Below are positions 9,051 through 17,777 of a DNA stretch of 64,000 nucleotides, in pieces (the stretch's first letter is position 1; the number at the start of each line of letters is the position of its first letter). Under the pieces are notes generated by a model. The model saw nothing but the letters and a program-made list of their open reading frames with translations, searched no databases and had not been told where the DNA came from. The stretch covers positions 128,001 through 192,000 of the forward strand of contig JBKBYA010000002.1 in NCBI GenBank assembly GCA_046313635.1, in the 5' to 3' direction. The position numbers and the translations under genes were made by a program. This stretch comes from Pyrinomonadaceae bacterium. GTDB taxonomy: Bacteria > Acidobacteriota > Blastocatellia > Pyrinomonadales > Pyrinomonadaceae.

Positions 9051-9065
9051 GCAATAGGCGTGCCG
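9051..9065 (-). promoter_or_regulatory. Sigma54 (-24/-12) promoter for DUF2231-SDR
   Basis: Minus strand CGGCACG-CCTA-TTGC fits TGGCACG-N4-TTGC with exact spacing. Confidence 0.65.
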
Positions 9066-9077
9066 CTTATCGAGGAT

Positions 9078-10061
9078 CTATGTGCGGGCTTTGACGGAAG
9101 AATCTTTGAGGGCCATCAGCGCCGCGGCGTGCGCGGGCGGCATCTGCGGCTCGGTAAGGAAGGCCTTTGGCGCGACCGCGTGGATGGTCTCGGTCATCGG
9201 GCGCGTGATCAGCTCGCCGGCCTTGAAGATGCTGCCGACGCAGCCGATCGGGATCTTGCGGCGCGTGAGGTCAAGCTTTTTGATCACGGCGCAGGCGGCA
9301 ACGCCGAGCTCGCGGCCGGCATCGGCCAGTATGTCGATCGCGACCGCGTCGCCGTCGCGGGCGGCCTCGACGACGTGACGGGCAAATCCGGCAATTCGGC
9401 TGTTGTCGACCTGCGGCGAGTAGATCGCGACGATCAGGTTCTCGGGCGTCGACGCGCGAAAGTACTCCGACGCACGCTCGCTCAGCGACGTCGGCACGCC
9501 GCGGCCGTCCGACGCCTTTGCGATCTGGTGCAGCGCGGCCTGGGCGATGCCGACGCCGCCGCCCTCGTCGCCGGCAAGCGGCCCCCAGCCGCCCGAGATG
9601 GCGAGCTCGCCGGCGTCGTTCTTGCCGAGACAGACCGAACCGGTCCCGGCGATGACGACCAGACCGGCCTTGCCGAGCGTCGTGCCGAAGAGAGCGATCT
9701 CGGCGTCGGTAACCACCGTCGTCCTGCGGACGCCGAGACGCCGGACAAAACTCTCACGGACCCGCTCTCGAATGTCCTGCCGGCGGACCCCGGCGAGTCC
9801 CAGCGTGGCCGCGACAAAATCGAACCTTGCGATGTCGCACTCGTCGCAGGCGAGCTCGATGGCTTTGGCAATATTTGAGACGGCGGTCTCGACTCCGACG
9901 CGGAGCGGATTTGAAGGGCCGGCCGTGCCCTCGGCGATGACCTCGCGAGCGGCGTTCATCAGGCAGGCGGTAGTCTTTGTGCCGCCGCCGTCGACGCCCA
10001 GATAAACGAATGGCATTCGGCGGCGGTCGCGGAGCTTCTTGTTGCCGTTGGCAGAAGACAT
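9078..10061 (-). CDS. BadF/BadG/BcrA/BcrD-family amino-sugar kinase (MurK/NagK-like)
   Basis: LGVDGGGTKT, GPSNP, GLAG, IAGTGS, GGWGPLAGDEGGG motifs; located near murQ, nagZ and nagA. Confidence 0.88.
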   Translation of the reverse strand: MSSANGNKKLRDRRRMPFVYLGVDGGGTKTTACLMNAAREVIAEGTAGPSNPLRVGVETAVSNIAKAIELACDECDIARFDFVAATLGLAGVRRQDIRERVRESFVRRLGVRRTTVVTDAEIALFGTTLGKAGLVVIAGTGSVCLGKNDAGELAISGGWGPLAGDEGGGVGIAQAALHQIAKASDGRGVPTSLSERASEYFRASTPENLIVAIYSPQVDNSRIAGFARHVVEAARDGDAVAIDILADAGRELGVAACAVIKKLDLTRRKIPIGCVGSIFKAGELITRPMTETIHAVAPKAFLTEPQMPPAHAAALMALKDSSVKART

Positions 10062-10101
10062 ATCGACGCTGAAAGCGACTCAAAACCATTCTTGAATACA
10101 C

Positions 10102-10140
10102 TTGACATATAATCAAATTTACTAGATTTTATGTTGTCAA
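10102..10140. promoter_or_regulatory. Divergent promoter region with a candidate LysR-type dyad
   Basis: TTGA-catataa-TCAA (10102-10116, contains T-N11-A); TTGACA on both strands (10102-10107 plus, 10140-10135 minus). Confidence 0.45.
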
Positions 10141-10195
10141 TAAGGCATCGTGATACGCATAAGCCGATCCGCACTTTCCGATCAAGCAAGCTTAT

Positions 10196-11113
10196 ATGGA
10201 GATCAGACAACTTAAGGCCTTTGTAGCGATCGCCGAGGCAAAGACGTTCACCGCCGGAGCTCGGCAGGTGAACGTTACGCAAGCGGCGATCTCGATGCAG
10301 ATCCGGCAGCTCGAGGACGAGCTCGGCGTGCCGATCTTTACACGCACACCGCGCCGGGTGATCTTGACCGAGGCGGGCGAACGGCTGCTCGAGCGGGCTC
10401 GCAGCATCCTCCGCGAGCACGATACGGCGCTTGAAGAGATCGCCGAACTCGCCGGCGCGCATTACGGCCGTCTGCGGATCGGTTCGGCGTCGGCGATGTT
10501 CACGACGCAGCAGCTGCCCTCGATCATGCGGAGGCTGCGCGAGCGCTTTCCGAATTCCGAGCTGAGCGTCACGTCGGCAACGAGTGAGAAGCTGGTCGAC
10601 AAGATCATGCACGGCGAAACGGACGTCGCATTCGTGTCGCTGCCGGTCGAGAATTCGAATATCACGACCGACCGCCTCTATACCGACGAGATCGTCGCGA
10701 TCGCGCATCCGTCGCACCCGCTTGCGAAAGAAAAGTTCATCAGCCCGGCGACGCTTGCCGGCGAAAAGCTCATCCTCGGCGAACGCGGCGGCAACACGCG
10801 GCGAATGATCGACGAGTTCTTTGCCGCGGCGAACGTGCGGCCCAACGTCGTGATGGAGCTCTCGCGTCAGGAGGCGATCAATCAAATGGTCGAGGCCAAC
10901 ATGGGCGTCGGCATTGCCGGAGCCAAGGCGGTCGCGCAGGAGATCCGCGAAGGCAAGCTCGTCTCGTGGCTGATCGAGGGAGCCGAGATCCAATGGGAGC
11001 TCGGTCTCGCGAGACTGCGAGGCGGCTATCATTCGCCGATCGCGAAAGAGTTTGTGAAGCTCTGTAAGGAGAGCTTCGTCGAGCGCGAAAAGGAATTGAA
11101 GGCTAAGAAGTAG
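10196..11113 (+). CDS. LysR-family transcriptional regulator
   Basis: MEIRQLKAFVAIAE..TFTAGARQVNVTQAAISMQIRQLEDELGVPIFTR HTH; 305 aa. Confidence 0.96.
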   Translation: MEIRQLKAFVAIAEAKTFTAGARQVNVTQAAISMQIRQLEDELGVPIFTRTPRRVILTEAGERLLERARSILREHDTALEEIAELAGAHYGRLRIGSASAMFTTQQLPSIMRRLRERFPNSELSVTSATSEKLVDKIMHGETDVAFVSLPVENSNITTDRLYTDEIVAIAHPSHPLAKEKFISPATLAGEKLILGERGGNTRRMIDEFFAAANVRPNVVMELSRQEAINQMVEANMGVGIAGAKAVAQEIREGKLVSWLIEGAEIQWELGLARLRGGYHSPIAKEFVKLCKESFVEREKELKAKK

Positions 11114-11114
11114 A

Positions 11115-11243
11115 TCCCGCAAAGACGCAAAGGGGCAAAGAACAAGCGACGTTATGCACACCTCTCTTCGGCATTTTGCCGCAGCCGACAATATTTTTAA
11201 GGACTACTTTTTCCAGACTCTGCGTCTTTGCGTCTTCGCGGGA
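11115..11243. repeat. Inverted pair of 8-bp-period CGCAAAGA repeats spanning the next start codon
   Basis: tcccgcaaagacgcaaaggggcaaa (11115-11139) matches the reverse complement of 11219-11243 at 21/25. Confidence 0.75.
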
Positions 11244-13886
11244 ATTTTCTGTTTCCTTACAAACGCTCAGGGCCTGCCGCTCGCGGCTCCGCAGTCGGTC
11301 GGGTTGAATGCGGCGAAGCTCGCGCAGATCGACGCGCTTGTCGAGCAGGACATCAAGGACAAAAAGCTCCCCGGCGCGGTCGTGCTCGTCGGGCATCGAG
11401 GCAAGATCGTTTTTCGAAAGGCCTACGGCAATCGCTCGCTCGTCCCGACGGTCGAAAAGATGACGGTCGATACGATCTTTGACGTCGCCTCGCTCACCAA
11501 ACCGGTCGCTACAGCAACGTCGATAATGATCCTCATCGAGCAAGGCAAGCTTCGGCTCAACGACACGGTCGGCAAATTCATCCCCGAGATCGAAGACGAA
11601 CAAGCCAAACGCGTCACGATTCAACAACTGCTTACGCACACATCCGGCTATCGACCCGATTTCGACCTCGGCGAAAAATGGACCGGCCGTGAAGGCATGC
11701 TCGCGGCGTTGAAGAAGGAGAAGCTTCGTAACCCGTCGGGGACGAGATTTGTTTATTCGGATATCGGCTTCATTGTGTTGGGGGAAATTGTTCAGCGCAT
11801 CTCCGGGTATTCTGTTTTCGAATTTGCAGAAGTTGAATTGTTCGATCCCATGTTTGATCGTCGGTCGTTCTTTCACGTCTTTCGACCCCAAGTTTTCGAC
11901 AACTGGGTGTCAGTGCCAGGAGGCGTGGTCGTTGACTCACGATCTGATATTCAAGATATCGCGCCAACTGAGAATATTCGCGGCCAGAACAGTTATCTCG
12001 GATCTAAGTACGAAGGGAGTGAGAAAGCCGGTGACGTTATTCTTCGCGGCGCCGTTCACGATCCAACAGCGTATCGAATGGGCGGCGTGGCCGGTCATGC
12101 GGGGCTCTTCTCAACCGCCGACGACCTCGCACGCTACTGTCAGATGCTTCTGAACGGCGGTGTCGCTCCAGGCAGAGACCCGAGCGGTAGCGAGGGTGTG
12201 ACAAATGCGACACGCGGAGTGCGGAATGCGGAATCGAATCCGCAATCTAAAATCCGAAATCCGAAATCCAAAATCGCGAACACCCTCCCTACCGGTCGGG
12301 TTTCCGCCTCCGGTTCTCGCCGGATCTTGTCTGCTCAGACCGTCGCGCTGATGACGCGGCCGTATGTTGTGTCGGAGACCGGCGAGACGCGCGGGCTTGG
12401 GTGGGACATCAACACTTCGTTCTCGCAGAATCGCGGGGAGTTGTTTCCGCTCGGGTCGTTCGGTCACACGGGTTTTACCGGCACGGGCATCTGGATCGAT
12501 CCCGTTTCGCAGACGTTCGTCGTCTTCTTGTCGAACCGCGTTCATCCGGACGGCAAGGGCGACGTGACGCCGCTGCGGGCAAAGGTCTCGACCGTCGTCG
12601 CTTCGGCGATCGAGGATACGCCGATCGAAAAATACCGCGAGGCCGAGGCCCGCTACTACGCAGCCGTCGCCGCGCAGCTCCCGGCCTTTGTCGAGAGGAA
12701 AAAACAGCTGACAGCTAACAGCTATCAGCTGTCAGCTAATGCCAAGAACGTCACCGTCCTCAACGGCACCGACGTTCTCGAGAAGAACGGCTTCAAAGAG
12801 CTTCAGGGACTCAAGGTCGGTCTCGTCACAAATCACACCGGCCGCAATCTGACCGGGAAGTCGACCATCGACATTTTGCACGAGGCTAAGAATCTGAAGC
12901 TCGTCGCGCTCTTCGCGCCCGAGCACGGCATTCGCGGCGAGCTCGATACCGAGAGGATCGACGACACGAAGGACGAAAAGACCGGGCTGACCGTTTATTC
13001 GCTCTACAAGGACGGAATGCGGCGGCCAAAGCCCGAGCAGCTCGCCGGCTTGGATGCGATCGTCTACGACATCCAGGACATCGGCACGCGCTTTTACACG
13101 TACACCGCGACCTTGCGCAACGTGATGGAAGAAGCGGCGAAAGCGAAGATCCCGGTCTTCGTCCTCGACCGTCCCAATCCGATCAACGGCGTCACGATCG
13201 AAGGCCCGCTTGCCGAAGAGGACAAACTCTCCTTCATCGCCGCTCACACCATCCCCGTCCGCTACGGTCTTACGATCGGCGAGTTGGGGCAGATGATGAA
13301 CGCCGAGCGAAAGATCGGCGCCGACCTCCGCGTCGTGAAGATGGAAGGCTGGTCTCGCTCGATGTGGTTCGACGAGACAGGGCAGACGTGGATCAACCCT
13401 TCGCCGAATATGCGCTCGCTCACCGAAGCGACCCTCTATCCCGGCATCGGTCTGCTCGAGACGACAAACCTGAGCGTCGGCCGCGGGACCGACACGCCCT
13501 TTGAGGTCGTTGGGGCGCCGTGGATCGACGGGCGAAGGCTCGCGGCCCATCTCAACGAACGCGGGCTGAGCGGCGTGCGATTCGTGCCCGTTAGGTTCAA
13601 GCCCAAAGCTTCGGTCTTTAAGGACGAAGATCTCGGCGGGATCAACATCGTCATCACCGACCGCTCACGATTCGACTCGGTCCGCACCGGCATCGAGATC
13701 GCCACCGCGCTCCGCAGTCTTTACCCGAACGAATGGCAGGCCGACAAGTATCTGAGGCTGCTCGTTAACGCCCGGGTGCTCGAGGCCGTCAAGCGCGGAG
13801 ACACGGCCGAAGCGATCGAAAAGATCTGGCAAAATGACCTCGACGAGTTCAGGCGGCGCAGGGCACCATTCTTGCTTTACCGCTGA
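11154..13886 (+). CDS. Secreted fusion of a beta-lactamase-family serine hydrolase (AmiE-like) and a DUF1343 exo-beta-N-acetylmuramidase (NamZ-like)
   Basis: N-half: FDVASLTK (SxxK), LLTHTSG, FVYSD, GHAGLFS, GHTGFTG. C-half: VGLVTNHTG, LFAPEHGIRG, DIQDIGTRFYTY, LDRPNP, PSPNM, SVGRGTDTPF. Confidence 0.9.
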   Translation: MHTSLRHFAAADNIFKDYFFQTLRLCVFAGIFCFLTNAQGLPLAAPQSVGLNAAKLAQIDALVEQDIKDKKLPGAVVLVGHRGKIVFRKAYGNRSLVPTVEKMTVDTIFDVASLTKPVATATSIMILIEQGKLRLNDTVGKFIPEIEDEQAKRVTIQQLLTHTSGYRPDFDLGEKWTGREGMLAALKKEKLRNPSGTRFVYSDIGFIVLGEIVQRISGYSVFEFAEVELFDPMFDRRSFFHVFRPQVFDNWVSVPGGVVVDSRSDIQDIAPTENIRGQNSYLGSKYEGSEKAGDVILRGAVHDPTAYRMGGVAGHAGLFSTADDLARYCQMLLNGGVAPGRDPSGSEGVTNATRGVRNAESNPQSKIRNPKSKIANTLPTGRVSASGSRRILSAQTVALMTRPYVVSETGETRGLGWDINTSFSQNRGELFPLGSFGHTGFTGTGIWIDPVSQTFVVFLSNRVHPDGKGDVTPLRAKVSTVVASAIEDTPIEKYREAEARYYAAVAAQLPAFVERKKQLTANSYQLSANAKNVTVLNGTDVLEKNGFKELQGLKVGLVTNHTGRNLTGKSTIDILHEAKNLKLVALFAPEHGIRGELDTERIDDTKDEKTGLTVYSLYKDGMRRPKPEQLAGLDAIVYDIQDIGTRFYTYTATLRNVMEEAAKAKIPVFVLDRPNPINGVTIEGPLAEEDKLSFIAAHTIPVRYGLTIGELGQMMNAERKIGADLRVVKMEGWSRSMWFDETGQTWINPSPNMRSLTEATLYPGIGLLETTNLSVGRGTDTPFEVVGAPWIDGRRLAAHLNERGLSGVRFVPVRFKPKASVFKDEDLGGINIVITDRSRFDSVRTGIEIATALRSLYPNEWQADKYLRLLVNARVLEAVKRGDTAEAIEKIWQNDLDEFRRRRAPFLLYR
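12171..12308. repeat. In-frame REP doublet (138 bp, 46 codons) with internal heptamer arrays
   Basis: 29-bp terminal inverted repeats (25/29) enclosing GCGGAAT and AATCCGA arrays; encodes GRDPSG...TGRVSA. Confidence 0.85.
12705..12739. repeat. Intragenic heptamer array (5 x CAGCTNN) in the interdomain linker
   Basis: cagctga cagctaa cagctat cagctgt cagctaa encodes QLTANSYQLSAN. Confidence 0.85.
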
Positions 13887-13981
13887 GCAGTCGCAGCTTT
13901 TTCAGCAGCCCAAATTTTAGACACACTTTAAAACCCTTTGCGATAGAGAGGTTCGCGGCCCGCAGGCTGCCGTCGTACGGG

Positions 13982-14010
13982 TTGTGCGATAACGAAATTT
14001 TGAATAGAAT
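13982..14010 (+). promoter_or_regulatory. Sigma70-type promoter for the TonB-dependent receptor
   Basis: TTGTGC, 17-bp spacer, TAGAAT; purine-rich SD (aggaagg) before ATG 14084. Confidence 0.55.
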
Positions 14011-14083
14011 TCCGAAAACCTAAATTATCCTTATGGATTTCGGAACCAGTTCCGCAGACATTTACGAAAGAGGAAGGAAGATT

Positions 14084-17000
14084 ATGAGCAAAAAGACGTG
14101 GACTTCGATCCTGCTGGCTCTTGCGATCACGGCCCTGTTTACGGTCGCCGCCGCCGCTCAGGAAGTCACGGGTTCGATCGTCGGCACCGTTCGCGACGCT
14201 TCAGGCGCGGCCGTGCCCGGGGCAACCGTCACTGTCTCGATACCGAGTCAGAACGACACCGTCATCCGCACCGTCACGACCAGTGACGACGGGAATTTTT
14301 CGATACCGAATCTGCCGATCAACACCTACTCGGTCACGGTCGAGGCGACCAACTTCAAAAAGAAGATCACGACCGACGTCAAGATAGACGTCGGCCAGCG
14401 TCGTCCCGTCGACATCGTCCTTGAGGCCGGCAATATCTCAGAGACCGTCACCGTGCAGGCCGACCGCGTCGCGGTCGAGACGACGACGCCGACCGCTTCG
14501 ACGACGATCAACGGCGACCAGGTGCGCGAGCTTTCGATCAATAACCGAAACTTTGTACAGCTCGTCACGCTCGCTCCGGGCGTGTCGAACGACCTCTCGG
14601 ATCAGGTCTACGTCGGGACGACGAATCCCGAGGGCCAGGCAAACATCGTTCAGATCTCGGTAAACGGGGCCCGCTCGAGCCAGAACACCTTCACGGTCGA
14701 CGGCGCCGACATCACCGACCGCGGATCAAACCTCACCATCCAGGCGTACCCGAGCGTTGACTCGATCGGCGAATTCAAGGTGCTGCGTTCGCTCTACCCG
14801 GCCGAGTCCGGCCGCAGCGGCGGGGGCCAGGTCAACATCGTGACGCGCAGCGGAACGGGCCGCTTCAGCGGAAACGTCTATTACTTTTTCCGCAACGAGA
14901 GCCTGAACGCGAACGACCCGCTGACCAATTCGACCCCGGCGCTTCGCAACACGCTGGGCGTCGACCCGGATACCGACAAGGTCAAGCGCCGCCCCTTCCG
15001 TTATAAGAATTACGGCTGGACCCTCGGCGGACCGGTCTACTTCCTCAAGTTTGGCGAGCGCGACGCCGACGACGGCTACTTTGGCCGCTGGAGCCGCACG
15101 TTCTTTTTCTTTTCGCAGGAGTGGCGCGACGACAAGCGGTTTCCGACACTCGTTTCCACGGTGCCGAATGCGCTGCAGCGCGCTGGCCAGTTCACAGTGC
15201 CGATCTGTCTGCAGGCCTCCGGCACGACGTGCACATCGGTCCTGCCGGGTTCGACGACCACGCCGGGACAGTTGACCAATATCAATCCGGTCGCCGCACA
15301 GTATCTGCAGTACATCTACAACAATCTTCCTTTGCCGAATAACGGCGTCAACGGCCTCAACTATCCGACCGAGGCGATCGCCGAGTTTCGTCAGGAGGTG
15401 CTGAAGATCGATCATTCGTTCAGCGACAAGCTGGGCGGCTACTACAGGTATCAGCGTGACAGCATCCCGACGATCGACGCCAACTCGCTCTTCTCGTCCG
15501 GTTCGGGGCTGCCTGGCGTGTCGACGACGTCGACAAACTCGCCGGGTCGCACGCACACGCTGCAGGGCGTGTACACGCCGTCGTCGAATTTGATCATCGA
15601 GGGCCGATATACCTTTGGCTACGGTGCGATCCTGAGTCAGAACATCGGGCTGCTCGCTCTTGCGCGATCGCCCATCCAGCCGCCGCTGGCGTATCAGGTA
15701 CAGCGCGACCGCGTGCCGACCATCAGCGGCAACGGCTTCAGCGCGCTGCAGGGGTTTGGTCCGTACAACAACTTCTCATGGAAGAGCAATACGTCGGGCA
15801 GCGTGACCTACATATTCGGAAATCACACGACGAAGTACGGCGTGATGTATTCGAAGTACCGCAAGAACGAGAACGCTCTGGCAGGCAACAACGAGGGCAT
15901 CTTCAGCGGATTCAACACACCCGGCACGGGCGTGACGACAAACGTCATCGCTCCCGGCGGCAACGCGACGCAGCAGCTGTGGGCCAACTTCCTGATGGGC
16001 ACGAACGTGTCGTTTACTCAGGCGAGCTTTGACTACACGGCCGACCTGCGGCAAAAGACCTTTGAGGCCTACGCACAGGACGAGTGGAAGATACGCTCTA
16101 ACCTGACGCTGTACGCGGGCGTCCGTTATTCATTTTTCGGTTCGCCTTACGATCGCAACGGCCGCCTCACGAATTTCGTTCCCCAGCTTTGGAGCGCGGC
16201 CGCCGCGCCGCTCGTTACCGGTGCCGGCAATCGCGTCACCGGCACGGGTAACTTCTGCAACGGCCTGATCGTCAATGCACAGAACTCGGTTGCCTTTCCG
16301 AACTGCACGCCGACGCAGTCGCCGTATGGAAAGTTCGTCGTCGACGCGCCGAAGAATGACTTTGCTCCGCGTGTCGGTCTCGCGTGGGACCCCTTTGGCG
16401 ACGGCCGCACCGCGATCCGCACCGGATACGGCATCTACCACGAGCAGATCCTGAACGGCGTCTTTCTGCAGCACATCGGGACCAACCCGCCCTTCCAGCA
16501 GACATGTGCGGTGACGGGCGTGCGTCTCGACAATCCGGTACCTGCCGGCTGCGCGGTCCAGGCGGTGGCGACCGTGCCGAATATCAGGTCGGTGCAGTCC
16601 GATTGGCAGACGCCGTATATGCAGCACTGGTCACTCGACGTCCAGCGGCAGCTGACAAGCAAGACGATCGTCACGGCGGGCTACTTTGGCTCGAAGGGCA
16701 CCAATCTGATCGGCGGATTTGAGATGAACCTGCTGCGTCCGGGGCAGGCCCTCAACTCGATGTGCGCGGTCGGTGCGTCGACGACGCCTACGGCCCCGTG
16801 CCAGCTGCCCAACCAGGCGTTCTTTACCGCGGCTCAGGAGGCGATCCTCGATCAGATCCGTCCGTATCGAGGTTACCGTTCGATCACGATGATCCAGCCG
16901 CGATACAACTCGAACTACCACAGCCTGCAGGTCTCGGGCCAGCACCGCTTTTCGGGAGCGTCGCAGGTCAACCTTGCGTACACGTGGGCCAAGAACCTGA

Positions 17001-17686
17001 CCGACAACCCGAATGACCGCAGCGCGGCCCCGCAGAACTCGTTCGACATCCCGTCCGAGAAGGCGCGTGCCGCTCTCGATCGCCGTCACATCCTGACGAT
17101 CAACTACATTTACGAGATCCCGTTCTTTAACAAGCAGCAGGATCTCCTCGGCAAGGTGCTCGGCGGGTGGCAGGCCTCGGGTATCGTGACGTATCAGACG
17201 GGACTGCCCTTCACGGCGACCGTGTCGGGTTACGATCCGGCCGGCTTGGGACTGATTCCGCCGCCGCTGACGGTCGCTCGTCCGCGGCTGCTGTGCGACC
17301 CGAACCAGGGCGGTGCGCGCACGCCGCAGCAGTGGTTCAATACGTCGTGCTTCGCGATCACGCCGATCAGCAATACCGATCCGAACTATCCGATCATCAA
17401 TGCTCCCGGCAACTCGCCGCGCGGTGTGATATTTGGCCCGCCGACCAAGCGTGTCGACTTTACGCTGACCAAGAACATTCGCTTTGGCGAGCACTACAGG
17501 CTGCAGCTCAGGGGCGAGGCTTTCAACGTCTTTAACTGGACCAATCCCCGCGGCCTCAGCACGTTGGTCTGGAGTGCGACGACCCAGCCGGTATCGCAGG
17601 GCGGCAACGGCAGCTCGACCTTTGGTCAGGTGACGAGCTACCGCGATCCGCGCATCCTGCAGCTCGGCGCCAAGTTCTACTTCTAG
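14084..17686 (+). CDS. TonB-dependent outer-membrane receptor (carboxypeptidase-regulatory N-domain, Oar-like)
   Basis: Signal peptide; GSIVGTVRDASGAAVPGATVTV; plug RNFVQLVTLAPGV..GGQVNIVTRSGT; YAQDEWK, DFAPRVGLAWDP; terminal PRILQLGAKFYF. Confidence 0.93.
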   Translation: MSKKTWTSILLALAITALFTVAAAAQEVTGSIVGTVRDASGAAVPGATVTVSIPSQNDTVIRTVTTSDDGNFSIPNLPINTYSVTVEATNFKKKITTDVKIDVGQRRPVDIVLEAGNISETVTVQADRVAVETTTPTASTTINGDQVRELSINNRNFVQLVTLAPGVSNDLSDQVYVGTTNPEGQANIVQISVNGARSSQNTFTVDGADITDRGSNLTIQAYPSVDSIGEFKVLRSLYPAESGRSGGGQVNIVTRSGTGRFSGNVYYFFRNESLNANDPLTNSTPALRNTLGVDPDTDKVKRRPFRYKNYGWTLGGPVYFLKFGERDADDGYFGRWSRTFFFFSQEWRDDKRFPTLVSTVPNALQRAGQFTVPICLQASGTTCTSVLPGSTTTPGQLTNINPVAAQYLQYIYNNLPLPNNGVNGLNYPTEAIAEFRQEVLKIDHSFSDKLGGYYRYQRDSIPTIDANSLFSSGSGLPGVSTTSTNSPGRTHTLQGVYTPSSNLIIEGRYTFGYGAILSQNIGLLALARSPIQPPLAYQVQRDRVPTISGNGFSALQGFGPYNNFSWKSNTSGSVTYIFGNHTTKYGVMYSKYRKNENALAGNNEGIFSGFNTPGTGVTTNVIAPGGNATQQLWANFLMGTNVSFTQASFDYTADLRQKTFEAYAQDEWKIRSNLTLYAGVRYSFFGSPYDRNGRLTNFVPQLWSAAAAPLVTGAGNRVTGTGNFCNGLIVNAQNSVAFPNCTPTQSPYGKFVVDAPKNDFAPRVGLAWDPFGDGRTAIRTGYGIYHEQILNGVFLQHIGTNPPFQQTCAVTGVRLDNPVPAGCAVQAVATVPNIRSVQSDWQTPYMQHWSLDVQRQLTSKTIVTAGYFGSKGTNLIGGFEMNLLRPGQALNSMCAVGASTTPTAPCQLPNQAFFTAAQEAILDQIRPYRGYRSITMIQPRYNSNYHSLQVSGQHRFSGASQVNLAYTWAKNLTDNPNDRSAAPQNSFDIPSEKARAALDRRHILTINYIYEIPFFNKQQDLLGKVLGGWQASGIVTYQTGLPFTATVSGYDPAGLGLIPPPLTVARPRLLCDPNQGGARTPQQWFNTSCFAITPISNTDPNYPIINAPGNSPRGVIFGPPTKRVDFTLTKNIRFGEHYRLQLRGEAFNVFNWTNPRGLSTLVWSATTQPVSQGGNGSSTFGQVTSYRDPRILQLGAKFYF

Positions 17687-17710
17687 GCCCGTGCCGCTGT
17701 AAACCCGTGC

Positions 17711-17749
17711 CCCGCGTTTCGCCTCGTGCGAAACGCGGGCATTTTTTTT
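17711..17749 (+). terminator. Intrinsic terminator after the TonB-dependent receptor
   Basis: cccgcgtttcgc-ctcgt-gcgaaacgcggg followed by T8. Confidence 0.85.
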
Positions 17750-17777
17750 GCGGTTGGAGGTATGGAACAATCACGGC

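Noticed and set aside
9959..11191. 410-aa minus-strand ORF, and many similar long antisense ORFs (e.g. 16631-17770, 32887-34353, 51461-52849, 59335-60564)
   Set aside because: Shadow ORFs opposite well-supported genes in high-GC DNA; no recognisable motifs.
11745..12075. Diversity-generating retroelement variable region as the cause of the AT-rich patch
   Set aside because: No reverse transcriptase or template repeat in the window, and the patch is mid-gene and T-rich rather than adenine-mutated.
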